DNA from: Candidatus Uhrbacteria bacterium
GTDB taxonomy: Bacteria; Patescibacteriota; Patescibacteriia; UBA9934
Length of the DNA: 64,000 bases
Direction: 5' to 3'
Assembly (NCBI GenBank): GCA_963822405.1
Contig: CAWGHH010000005.1
Location: 39,439-103,438 of the forward strand
The position numbers and the translations under genes are program-made. This document shows positions 36,561 through 45,342 of the stretch, in pieces (the first letter of the stretch is position 1; every line of letters begins with the position of its first letter). A model generated the notes under the pieces. It saw only the letters and a program-made list of their open reading frames with translations, had not been told where the DNA came from and did no database searches.

Positions 36561-36986
36561 TTGTTCCATAATGGTTCGGGAGATATTCCGTTAGTGCATC
36601 TTCTCTATCAGGCATACGCCGACTGGCACGAACTACTGTTACGATTTCCAAAATCCCAAAGATATTCACTTGGCGAAAAATCTCAAACAACTCTGCTTGC
36701 AACACTACAAGATATTCTTTCGGCCGCAGCAACCTCAAACCTTGAAATAAAGTGCTCTAAACTTCTTGAGGCGAGTGGCGAACTAGACACCCTCAAACTT
36801 CTTGCTCAACTGACAAAAAAATGTAAGTGTATTTCGAACATCCAATACCAGCAATTTGATTCAAAACTTCACTCTGCCGGCAAAATGTTAGGAGCCTGGA
36901 TTAAATCAGTGGAAAGCAAAAAAGCGCAGAACGCTCTTTTGCCTCATGAGGAGTCCCTGAGAACGGGGAACGACGTGTTGTCGTAG
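36561..36986 (+). CDS. Avd-like accessory variability determinant (four-helix-bundle family)
   Basis: FPKSQRYSLGEKSQTTLLATLQDILSA, LEASGELDTLKLLAQLTKKCKCIS and C-terminal MLGAWIKSV align with Avd/TIGR02436 four-helix-bundle proteins (FPKEE.YGLTSQ.RRAA.SI; GSASELETQL; LGSWI). Opposite strand to the RT. Its 3' end overlaps the TR. Start codon uncertain (TTG 36561 or GTG 36594). Confidence 0.6.
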   Translation: MFHNGSGDIPLVHLLYQAYADWHELLLRFPKSQRYSLGEKSQTTLLATLQDILSAAATSNLEIKCSKLLEASGELDTLKLLAQLTKKCKCISNIQYQQFDSKLHSAGKMLGAWIKSVESKKAQNALLPHEESLRTGNDVLS

Positions 36987-37069
36987 GAGTTAGCGACGTG
37001 GTTACCGTTCAAGTTCGCGTCCTGACCATTGCGGTTGACGTTCGGCGAGTAAGCCCACAGGTCATAGCC
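36954..37069 (-). repeat. DGR template repeat (TR)
   Basis: 116 nt homologous to 37349-37464. All 14 mismatches place T on the + strand (A on the minus/sense strand) in this copy. Sense-frame translation is Asn(AAC)-rich: SPNVNRNGQDANLNGNHVANSYDNTSFPVLR. Confidence 0.85.
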
Positions 37070-37332
37070 AAACACCGTCCTTTACATCTCTCCCTTCAAG
37101 GACACCGGAAGCAGGCGCACCCACTTCCTGAATTTTATGCGGAACCTACGCGAATGCTGGTTCCTAGAAGAGATGCGGAGTACTCATAAGTCCCGCCGCA
37201 CGCTTCTGAAATCCGTAGATTCCAAAACTCTGGCGGTGATTGGGACAATGAAAGTATACCAAAATCAAAATGGCACCCGGACTTCTCTGAACCACGAGGT
37301 CCAGAAAATCCGAGTGCCGAGTTTCCAAGTGC

Positions 37333-38148
37333 CTAGCTCTGCACGTACTCCCTGAGAACGGGGAACGACGCGTCGTCGTAGGAGTAAGCGACGTGGTCAC
37401 CGAACAAGACCGCGCCCTGACCATCGCGGCTGACGAGCGGCGAGTAAGCCCACAGGCCATAGCCAGACACGTTGAGCAGGATTGCGGCGGCGATGGCGTA
37501 CGGCGTCTTCACACCGTCCATCTGCTTGACCCATTCGGGGGACTGACAGGCGGCGTAGAGGACTGCGAACCCGGCAAGCTTCCCGGCCTGGGTCTTCTGC
37601 ACTTCGCCCAGGATCACGCCCTTTGGGTTGAAGTTGGCGTGAAGATCAAGCACCTCCACCTTAATACTGTTCGGGACGAATGACTCCTCTTCGAGCATCT
37701 TCACGCGGTTCTCGTCCACGCCGTTGGCGTAAGCGGCCGCCCACTCCTGGTAGGTGCCCACGAACGTATCCTTGATACGCTCGCGCACGAACTTGAGAGT
37801 GGCCGGGACGTCCTCCTTGAACACGGAGATGACGATCTCGAGCCCCTCATTCTTCGGGCTCTCCTTCTCGTAGCCGGCAATGAGCCCGCTCTTGTGAGCC
37901 AAGGCCACCGCGACGTCCACTTCTTCCGGGTTCACACCCGGGTAGGACTTGGCAATGGCGATCTTGTCCGCGAGCGTGTTGTACTTTCCGTGAATGAGAC
38001 GGAAGACCGGCTCGGACGCCAGGTTCTTCACCCAGCGCTCCATGAGTACGTCGTTCGTCAGGAGCTCGATGACCATCTTCAGCGTCCCGCCAAAGCGGAA
38101 GAAACGACGGAAGAACTCGCCAGCCTGCTCAAGATGCACATTTGCCAT
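37333..38148 (-). CDS. DGR target (variable) protein, 271 aa, VR at the C-terminus
   Basis: ORF ends ...GYGLWAYSPLVSRDGQGAVLFGDHVAYSYDDASFPVLREYVQS. The last ~40 codons are the VR. GC is about 60%. RBS GGAGAttacgaaaATG. Own consensus promoter. Confidence 0.75.
   Translation of the reverse strand: MANVHLEQAGEFFRRFFRFGGTLKMVIELLTNDVLMERWVKNLASEPVFRLIHGKYNTLADKIAIAKSYPGVNPEEVDVAVALAHKSGLIAGYEKESPKNEGLEIVISVFKEDVPATLKFVRERIKDTFVGTYQEWAAAYANGVDENRVKMLEEESFVPNSIKVEVLDLHANFNPKGVILGEVQKTQAGKLAGFAVLYAACQSPEWVKQMDGVKTPYAIAAAILLNVSGYGLWAYSPLVSRDGQGAVLFGDHVAYSYDDASFPVLREYVQS
37349..37464 (-). repeat. DGR variable repeat (VR)
   Basis: Differs from TR only at TR adenine positions (14 of 14). The 22-nt identical GC-rich 3' end (cgtcgttccccgttctcaggga in sense) is consistent with an IMH element. 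Confidence 0.85.
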
Positions 38149-38238
38149 TTTCGTAATCTCCGGCCACCTCTGACTTGCCTACAGGAACACGAATTGTGCC
38201 CCATAAACCAGCCTATTCTAATTGAGAGTGACCATGCC

Positions 38239-38294
38239 ATAATAGCAAAAAAATGGCGTTTTGTCAAGCCATTTTCTGCTTATATTGGCCTAGA
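38239..38294 (-). promoter_or_regulatory. conserved promoter block, copy 2 (TTGACA-17-TATTAT) driving the DGR target gene
   Basis: Minus sense reads gcagaaaatggcTTGACAaaacgccatttttttgcTATTATggcatgg. Near-identical to 24273-24328. Confidence 0.65.
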
Positions 38295-38837
38295 TTAGCC
38301 CATTTCTTCCCTAATTTCACCTTCTAACTGTTCAACGTCAATCATGTTCATCATTTTCTTCAGCTCCGGGTCGTTCTTCGGGCCAACTTTCAGCTCTTTG
38401 CGAATGTCATTCAGCATCTCGAGCATCTTGGTAATTTCGCGCTCGGCTTGGACGTTTACTTGAAAGTCGATCTCTTCACGTAACTCGGCCACTCTTGCGG
38501 CACGGTTCTCGCTCATGAGCACGATGATAGATAAGAAAATTGCTTCAAGCGACACGAATGTTGTCAGCAAGAAAAACGGAAACGGGTCAATCACTTTAAC
38601 TCCCGGAAAAATACCGGAATTAAGAAATATCCAAATCGCAAAAACTGACATATTCCCAACCAAAAATGTCATCGTACCAAAACCACTCGTTAATAAATCA
38701 GCCGTACGCTGACTAAAAGATCTCTGACGGTTCATCTTGGACGCAAAAATTGCCATCGTTCTATTTGTAGTGGCTTGCCTGAATGCTGGTTTCTTTTTGG
38801 TCGAACCTCTCCTCTTGGTCGCCATAATCTCCTCCAT
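38295..38837 (-). CDS. DUF1003 family membrane protein
   Basis: LLTSGFGTMTFLVGNMSVFAIWIFLN...DPFPFFLLTTFVSLEAIFLSIIVLMSENR, two TM helices and a C-terminal coiled coil. Confidence 0.6.
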   Translation of the reverse strand: MEEIMATKRRGSTKKKPAFRQATTNRTMAIFASKMNRQRSFSQRTADLLTSGFGTMTFLVGNMSVFAIWIFLNSGIFPGVKVIDPFPFFLLTTFVSLEAIFLSIIVLMSENRAARVAELREEIDFQVNVQAEREITKMLEMLNDIRKELKVGPKNDPELKKMMNMIDVEQLEGEIREEMG

Positions 38838-38846
38838 AATACCACG

Positions 38847-40742
38847 CTACTTTTTCATGGACGACAGGAATTCGACAGTTCGGTTTCTTTCTTGAAGTAG
38901 TTTTCTGGCTTCGACGGAAAAAACAGCAACCATCTTACGCCAAAATGGCCGGCAGATTTCTGGCAAACGTTCACAGGCTTCGCCAGCAGACTCGACATGA
39001 AGAAAAACATCAGCACAAACCCGTTCAACACTTTCTGACCAATAAATTCGTTCGAGCTCCTGACTATACGCGCTCAACCAATCAAACCGAGCGACATCAA
39101 ATCCCTTATTTCGCAATCTCTCGAGCACGTCTACGTTCACGTGCGTCAGCTGACCACGGCGCAAATCACTCTGCCAACCTCTCGCGTCTTCAAGTAAACG
39201 CTTCGCTAAAATATAGTGCCTTAAGAATTCCTCGAAGGCTTTTATCTCTCCCCCGTCAGACGCAAATCCAAGTTTCAAAAATACTGCCCTCGCGGCCAAC
39301 ACCATACCCCAAGAACGATCAACTAGCTTTTCATCTCGGCCAAACTTCGGCAAAATATTTGGAAACACAAACCCGCGTTCACTTTTCTTTAGTCGACATT
39401 CAGACACTTCCCACGCATTCGCACTGTCGACTCTATCCATTGCATCCGCCAGTACTTCCGGCTCGACGAGCTTTGAAAATAGTTGGGTCAACTCTCGCAG
39501 AGCCACGTTTGCCACCGGCAAGTCCCGCGGATCAAGCTCGCCGTCAATGACGTTGTCGTAAATAGTGTACGCAATCCAACCAAGCGTGTGCGCCAAACAA
39601 GCGTCAACAAAAAAGTCTTCGGGAATTTCATGCGCCCGTTCAAGCGACGAAGCAATAAAATACGGAAACAAAGTTTTTTCACCGCGAACATCCGTTCTCA
39701 GCAGTTCTTCAATGTTGTAATGCGCACTCGCCGCCAACACCGGATCCAATCTCGCAAACCTTTCTTCGGCCGCATCTCGAAGAGTCGCCTGCAGCGATAA
39801 CACCTGTTCCTCCGGCTTGATCTTCTCGCGTCTGCCAATCTCCGCCTCGACTCTCGTCAACGCCCCAAGCACCATGGCCATCGTCACTACCTGCGCGCTC
39901 GCAGTCGACACCTGACCACCACGCGCCATATCAAGACAAACTGGATACGCTTGAAATGCTCGGCCGTCCTCAACCATTAATTTAAGCTCGTCGCGCCCGC
40001 TAACCAACAACTCCACATCAGCCCCTAGCCGAACCAACGCATTTAATAGTCGAGCGTAATCAAACGGATCCGTCGCACCCCGAAACCTCGCTACTACCTC
40101 GGCCAACAGCTCGTCATGCCAAGCTGGAATATTTGCATATGACAAAGCCGACAAAAATGCGGTTCGATTTGGATAAAATGGTGACTGTTCACGCTTGGCT
40201 AACAACACGCTTTTCAAGTACTCGGCTAGCTTTGGAAGCGCAATATCTTGATCCGTCAAAAATGCATAAATATGCGCGTTCACCGTAGGATCAACATTTC
40301 GCCACGCCTGCGCCCGACTTTGATTCGTTAGCCAAGTTCCATACGGACCACCAGGCTCCGCCTCCATGGTCATGAGCAACTTCACATACTGGGCAAGTTT
40401 AACGCCCGTCAAAAAATCCGAATCGTGCATCCACAAAGCGTGCATCGCAATACTCGTCGTATCAAGGTCATCAGGGTACGGCGCCTCAACTGCACCCGAC
40501 GACGCGCGCAACCAATAATTCCAAGTGCCCTCCGCACTCATCTCTCCAAGTAGTCGATGTGCCAGTCGCGCAGTCACCTCCTCAACTCCCGGCACGCCCG
40601 TTAACGCCCGCAGCGCCATGGCAACAAAAAACGAGCTCTGACGCTCGCAACTCTTCTCCCCCGTTCTATCCAACGAAACACAAACCGCAAACGCCCCATC
40701 GGACGGTACTGCGTTAACCAGTGCACTGCGGAGTCTATCCAT
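38847..40742 (-). CDS. large hypothetical protein (631 aa)
   Basis: Long ORF with conserved-looking Trp/Asp-rich segments (GTWNYWLRASS, DDLDTTSIAMHALW, YTIYDNVIDGELD). No confident family assignment. Confidence 0.5.
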   Translation of the reverse strand: MDRLRSALVNAVPSDGAFAVCVSLDRTGEKSCERQSSFFVAMALRALTGVPGVEEVTARLAHRLLGEMSAEGTWNYWLRASSGAVEAPYPDDLDTTSIAMHALWMHDSDFLTGVKLAQYVKLLMTMEAEPGGPYGTWLTNQSRAQAWRNVDPTVNAHIYAFLTDQDIALPKLAEYLKSVLLAKREQSPFYPNRTAFLSALSYANIPAWHDELLAEVVARFRGATDPFDYARLLNALVRLGADVELLVSGRDELKLMVEDGRAFQAYPVCLDMARGGQVSTASAQVVTMAMVLGALTRVEAEIGRREKIKPEEQVLSLQATLRDAAEERFARLDPVLAASAHYNIEELLRTDVRGEKTLFPYFIASSLERAHEIPEDFFVDACLAHTLGWIAYTIYDNVIDGELDPRDLPVANVALRELTQLFSKLVEPEVLADAMDRVDSANAWEVSECRLKKSERGFVFPNILPKFGRDEKLVDRSWGMVLAARAVFLKLGFASDGGEIKAFEEFLRHYILAKRLLEDARGWQSDLRRGQLTHVNVDVLERLRNKGFDVARFDWLSAYSQELERIYWSESVERVCADVFLHVESAGEACERLPEICRPFWRKMVAVFSVEARKLLQERNRTVEFLSSMKK

Positions 40743-40833
40743 AGGCCAGGCTTTTCTTTAGTCTTGTCCGAAAACATGAACGTGTCAATGTTATTGCGAG
40801 ATTTTTTGAAATCAAGTATTATCGCTCCGTTCT

Positions 40834-40908
40834 AGGGGAGTAGTGAAATGGCTATCACATTAGTCTCCAAAACTAATATTTCGGGTTCGAGTCCCGGCTC
40901 CCCTGCCA
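40834..40908 (+). tRNA. tRNA-Trp (anticodon CCA)
   Basis: Manual cloverleaf: acceptor AGGGGAG/CTCCCCT, D-stem GTGA/TCAC, anticodon stem TTAGT/ACTAA with loop CTCCAAA, T-arm TCGGG-TTCGAGT-CCCGG, discriminator G, encoded CCA. Confidence 0.8.
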
Positions 40909-40991
40909 CAAAACATTCAGCAAGCAATTGCTGGATTTTTTGTTGTACAAAGATATATCAAAGTAACTTGATGGGAGCATAAAACGAACGA

Positions 40992-42203
40992 ATGCATTAT
41001 CACGCGATGACAGACGGCCGAATTACATTAACTCCACGCAACTGTGCTAAAATAGCACCAATAATCCTCAACGGCCTTATGAAGGAAAAACGATCTACGG
41101 GGTATCAGCGCGTCATTATTTTGTTTCTGATTTGGCTCGTTGCCGTGAACGTATTCGCCTATATCACAAGTAATCGATTCAACTTAACATCCGACAACTC
41201 GTACGAATGGATGCAGCCGGCAGAACAATTTACGCCCAAGCGTGTTGATAATTTAGTTGATAGTCACGTGCGATGGGATTCACTTTGGTATCTTGATATT
41301 GCCCAAAATGGATACTTCTACAAAGGCGAAGGGCAACTTTCAAATATTGTGTTTTTCCCGATGTATCCAGGACTAATCGCGCTCTTCGGTTGGGCGATAG
41401 GATTCCAACTCGCGGGGTGGCTGGTGGCTCTGGCGGCACTTTTAGGTGCCATACTGCTCTTAACAAAATACGTTCAGGAGCATCATCCAGATCTTGATCA
41501 TGATGACGTCATCTTCTTTCTGCTCATCTTTCCGACAGCCGTCTTTCTTGATGCCGTTTATACGGAATCGTTATTCCTGCTCTTTACAATCGCCACATTT
41601 TACTTCGGCTTAAAACGAAATTTTTTGGTCGCAAGTATTTTTGGAATGGCGGCAGCGTTGACTCGCGTTACTGGCGTATTACTTGTTCTCCCGCTCCTCA
41701 TCGAATACATCACTGCCGTTAAATTAGAAAAGAAAAAATTTGGCCTTGATTTGTTCGCGCTTGGGCTTATTCCGCTCGGCTTGCTCGCATTTTTTGCATA
41801 TCACTGGCTGGCATTTGGCAGTCCCACCATTTTCTTTGATGTTCAGTCAACGTGGGGCCGTGGATTCGAGCTTGAGTCGAAGCACTTCTTAACCCAAACA
41901 CTTCCGGCGACCATGAACCTTTGGCTGGACGTGTTCTTCACTGTATTTGCTGTCGTGGCAACATGGTTTGTATGGAAACGATTGCGTCCTTCCTACGCCG
42001 TCTATATGTTTCTTGGGTTCATGATACCGATCTTAACGGGTACCCTCATGAGCGTTGGCCGCTATCTGGTAGTACTCTTCCCAATCTTCCTACTGGCGGC
42101 AGGAATTAAAAATAAAATCGTGCGCCAGACTTGGATTATTATTTCGATTCTTTTATTCGCCCTGTATACGATCTTGTTCGCGGTAAATTATTGGGCTGGA
42201 TAA
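40992..42203 (+). CDS. polytopic membrane protein, putative GT-C-type glycosyltransferase
   Basis: About 12 TM segments. Operon partner of a GT2 polyprenol-phosphate glycosyltransferase and a GtrA flippase-like protein. Start uncertain. Confidence 0.45.
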   Translation: MHYHAMTDGRITLTPRNCAKIAPIILNGLMKEKRSTGYQRVIILFLIWLVAVNVFAYITSNRFNLTSDNSYEWMQPAEQFTPKRVDNLVDSHVRWDSLWYLDIAQNGYFYKGEGQLSNIVFFPMYPGLIALFGWAIGFQLAGWLVALAALLGAILLLTKYVQEHHPDLDHDDVIFFLLIFPTAVFLDAVYTESLFLLFTIATFYFGLKRNFLVASIFGMAAALTRVTGVLLVLPLLIEYITAVKLEKKKFGLDLFALGLIPLGLLAFFAYHWLAFGSPTIFFDVQSTWGRGFELESKHFLTQTLPATMNLWLDVFFTVFAVVATWFVWKRLRPSYAVYMFLGFMIPILTGTLMSVGRYLVVLFPIFLLAAGIKNKIVRQTWIIISILLFALYTILFAVNYWAG

Positions 42204-42206
42204 GCT

Positions 42207-42923
42207 ATGGCAACGCCAGAAATTTCCATTGTAATACCGTTTAAAGATGAGGAGGCGCGATTACCAAAAACTCTGGCAGCAGTATTGAAATACGCAAAAA
42301 GATTCTACCCCCTTTTTGAAATTATTCTGGTAGACGACGGAAGCACCGACAATTCAATAAACAACGTCAAAAGTCTCTCAGAAGAATCATGCGTTAGATT
42401 TGTGAGCCACAAATTAAACAAAGGAAAAGGAGCAGCAGTTCGCTCAGGTGTCTTGGCAGCCAGAGGAAAGCTAATTTTATTTTCGGATGCAGATCTTTCG
42501 ACGCCAATTAAAGAGCTCGGTCACATGATGTCAATACTTAAAGAGAATGACTGCGATATTGTAATTGGTTCCCGGGCTCTCCCCGGATCTCGGATAACAA
42601 CACCACAGCCTTTATCTCGCGTGTTCGTGGGTAAGGTGGGAAATCTATTCATCCGCCTAATGACTGGCATGCCGTTTAAAGACACTCAATGCGGTTTCAA
42701 GCTGTTTACGCGCCAAGCTGCCAGAGAATTATTTGCCGAGCAACACTTTCCAGGGTGGAGTTTTGATATTGAGGTACTTCTAAAGGCAACGCAAAAAAAG
42801 TATCACATTTGTGAAGTGCCAGTTGAGTGGCACGACGTTATTGGTTCAAAAGTTAGCCCGGTTCGGGATGCGATTCGCGTGTTACTTGATGTCGTTCGAA
42901 TAAACAGAACGTACAAAGTATGA
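42207..42923 (+). CDS. GT2 polyprenol/dolichol-phosphate hexosyltransferase (DPM1/GtrB-like)
   Basis: ISIVIPFKDEEARL, ILVDDGSTDNS, FSDADLSTP and QCGFKLF motifs. Confidence 0.8.
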   Translation: MATPEISIVIPFKDEEARLPKTLAAVLKYAKRFYPLFEIILVDDGSTDNSINNVKSLSEESCVRFVSHKLNKGKGAAVRSGVLAARGKLILFSDADLSTPIKELGHMMSILKENDCDIVIGSRALPGSRITTPQPLSRVFVGKVGNLFIRLMTGMPFKDTQCGFKLFTRQAARELFAEQHFPGWSFDIEVLLKATQKKYHICEVPVEWHDVIGSKVSPVRDAIRVLLDVVRINRTYKV

Positions 42924-43327
42924 AACCATTTCCCAAACATTCGCATCTTAATTTTAAAACGTTCTTACGCTATTCACTCGTTGGACTTTCAGGGACGTGC
43001 GTGGATCTTGGCGTTTTAGTTTTCTTAGTAGAAATATTTGCAGTCCGACCAGAAATAGGGAATATTTTCTCTTTTATTTTGGCGGTAGTTAATAATTTTG
43101 TCTGGAACAAATACTGGACATTCAAACACAAGGAAGGAAAATTCGCCAAACAACTCACGCAATTTTTCATCATCTCTATTGTGGGACTAATTGTAAATAT
43201 TACTTTACTTCCGTTTCTTATCAGCCTCGGTCTTTGGTATGTTTATGCAAAAATTGCAATTATCGCGCTCGTCATGATGTGGAATTTTTTCGGCAATTCG
43301 ATTTGGACATTTCGCAAGCTGTCATAA
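42920..43327 (+). CDS. GtrA family membrane protein
   Basis: 135 aa, four TM helices, FLRYSLVGLSGTCVDLGVLVFL...NNFVWNKYWTFK (GtrA signature). Confidence 0.75.
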   Translation: MKPFPKHSHLNFKTFLRYSLVGLSGTCVDLGVLVFLVEIFAVRPEIGNIFSFILAVVNNFVWNKYWTFKHKEGKFAKQLTQFFIISIVGLIVNITLLPFLISLGLWYVYAKIAIIALVMMWNFFGNSIWTFRKLS

Positions 43328-43360
43328 CTAAAAAATAATATCAAATCGGGAAATAGGAAT

Positions 43361-43942
43361 TTATAACAATTTATTGGTGATAATGCCCAAACACGTTTGC
43401 GCGACGATTGGTTCTGGTTGTTCGGCGTCGATTATGAAATCGGCGAATACTTTGCTTGGCATAATATATTGTCTAGCAGCTGGAAGCATAACGTTATACA
43501 AATAGTCTTCCTGAACTCCTGGTTGACGTTGACGGCGACGGATCAATTGACTCTCTTCGGACAGGTCGAAAAATAACTTGAGATCAAGCAGTTCACGCAG
43601 TTCCGGATGATAGAGTGACATGAACCCATCAACTAAAATAATTTCCGAAGGTCTAATTAGTTTTTCGCCAATTTGTTTATTCTCATGACGGGAATAATCT
43701 GGAACAAATATTTCTTGACCGGCTCGTAAATCACTTACGGCTCGCAATAACTGATCCCATTTCAACGCCTCCGGTTCATCCCACTGAGTAGCCTCGCCTA
43801 ACTTTGGAACGTCCGCCTCATCTTTGAAAAAATCGTCGAGCTTGAATCTAGTGACGCCTTTAAGGGCATTTTCAATAACTCGACAACATGATGACTTCCC
43901 TGCCCCGCTTGGACCCGCTATGCCAATAATCAATGGTTGCAT
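43361..43942 (-). CDS. uridine kinase / PRK-family P-loop nucleoside kinase
   Basis: Walker A IIGIAGPSGAGKSS and ILVDGFMSLYHPELRELLDLKLF. Confidence 0.55.
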   Translation of the reverse strand: MQPLIIGIAGPSGAGKSSCCRVIENALKGVTRFKLDDFFKDEADVPKLGEATQWDEPEALKWDQLLRAVSDLRAGQEIFVPDYSRHENKQIGEKLIRPSEIILVDGFMSLYHPELRELLDLKLFFDLSEESQLIRRRQRQPGVQEDYLYNVMLPAARQYIMPSKVFADFIIDAEQPEPIVAQTCLGIITNKLL

Positions 43943-44018
43943 ACGGAAGTATTATAGCAATGTCTCTTGATTTTTTCCCCAAACGGCCTAAGGTGAGTCC
44001 GTCACTATTGGAGGACCT

Positions 44019-45260
44019 GTGCGTAAAGAACTTCCGAGCAATGTTGCTGCTGAAACATTCGCGGTTAGTGGAGCGTATGATCCTGCCCTGTCTCAAGGAG
44101 CGATGAAGCCGCCAATCTTCGCGACGTCAACGTTCGAAGCTAAATCAGCGAGCGAACTTGCCCTCTGCTTCCGCCAAGCATACGGGTTAGACACCGGAAA
44201 ACCCGCCCAACCGCCTGAGCTCATCTACTCGCGCGTCGTGAATCCAAACTTGCAGATTTTCGAGGAGCGGTGGTCAAAGTTTGAACACGCGGAACAATCC
44301 GCCTTGTTCGGTAGCGGCATGGCCGCCATCTCAACCGCCCTCCTCACGTTCTGCCGGCCAGGTAGCCATGTGTTGTACTCGGCTCCGGTTTACGGTGGCA
44401 CAGATTACTTCATGTCCCATCTCATGCCGGCGCTCGCAATCAACTCGCACTCTTTTCTAGTGACCGATGGTCAGGAAAAGATTGCGCGCCTGTTGCACCG
44501 AATAAACAGATTGGGTGCGGTGAGCGTGGTCTACGTGGAAACGCCCGCTAATCCCACGCTCGCCTTGGCAGACCTGCCGGCCATCGTCGAGGAATGCGCC
44601 AAATTGAATCCGCGACCGATCGTCATCGTTGACGCCACCGTCCTTGGTCCGATCTTTCACCGGCCACTTGATCTCGGTGCTGACCTAGTGATCCACTCGG
44701 CTACAAAATCAATCGGCGGGCACAGTGACCTCATTGCCGGCATTGCGTCAGGAAAAAGCGAGCTAGTGTCCGCTATCAAAGCCACGCGCACCATCTTTGG
44801 CACCATGGCTGATCCGAACACCGCCCATCTCCTGTTGAGAAGTCTCGAAACCTACACGATTCGGATCGAGGCGACCGAACACAAGGCGCTCAAGGTGGCC
44901 AAGTTCCTCCTCGGACACCCGGCCGTAGATCAGCTGTATTTCCCGGGCTTCACAAAAGACGCCGAGCAACAACGGCGCTGGGAAGCACAGTTCACCGGAC
45001 GCGGTTCGCTCATGTCCTTCACCGTTCGTGGCGGACGTGAGGAAGCGTATCGCGTGCTTGATAAACTGCGCGTGGTCAAGCTCGCCGTCAGCCTTGGGGG
45101 CACAGAGTCCCTCGCAGAACACCCGCGTACGCACACGCACTCAGACGTCATGCCCGAGGATCTTGATCGCTTCGGCGTCACCGAAGGCATGATCCGCCTG
45201 TCCGTTGGTCTCGAAGACGCGGACGACATCATTGCTGACTTGAAACAAGCACTCGAGTAA
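44019..45260 (+). CDS. PLP-dependent Cys/Met-metabolism enzyme (methionine gamma-lyase / cystathionine gamma-synthase family)
   Basis: IHSATKSIGGHSDLIAGIA (PLP-lysine motif) and overall transsulfuration-fold length. GC is above that of neighbouring genes. Confidence 0.7.
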   Translation: MRKELPSNVAAETFAVSGAYDPALSQGAMKPPIFATSTFEAKSASELALCFRQAYGLDTGKPAQPPELIYSRVVNPNLQIFEERWSKFEHAEQSALFGSGMAAISTALLTFCRPGSHVLYSAPVYGGTDYFMSHLMPALAINSHSFLVTDGQEKIARLLHRINRLGAVSVVYVETPANPTLALADLPAIVEECAKLNPRPIVIVDATVLGPIFHRPLDLGADLVIHSATKSIGGHSDLIAGIASGKSELVSAIKATRTIFGTMADPNTAHLLLRSLETYTIRIEATEHKALKVAKFLLGHPAVDQLYFPGFTKDAEQQRRWEAQFTGRGSLMSFTVRGGREEAYRVLDKLRVVKLAVSLGGTESLAEHPRTHTHSDVMPEDLDRFGVTEGMIRLSVGLEDADDIIADLKQALE

Positions 45261-45285
45261 CCCCACCGTTGCTTAACCTCGATCA

Positions 45286-45316
45286 AGGCGCACCCACTAG
45301 GTGCGCCTTTAATTTT
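45286..45316 (+). terminator. rho-independent terminator
   Basis: aggcgcacc-cacta-ggtgcgcct followed by TTAATTTT. Confidence 0.6.
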
Positions 45317-45342
45317 GTAAAATGCCTGACCCCATTTTCTCA

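Larger units (their letters stand above)
35524..38148 (-). mobile_element. diversity-generating retroelement: RT / Avd (antisense) / TR / target with VR
   Basis: Co-localised RT with GNLTSQ motif, Avd-like gene, and a TR/VR pair with adenine-specific mismatches. Confidence 0.85.

Noticed and set aside
36998-37683. Plus-strand ORFs 36998..37189 and 37393..37683 (MVTVQVRVLTIAVD... / MVTEQDRALTIAAD...)
   Set aside because: These are antisense translations of the DGR TR and VR. Their mutual similarity simply reflects the TR/VR repeat.
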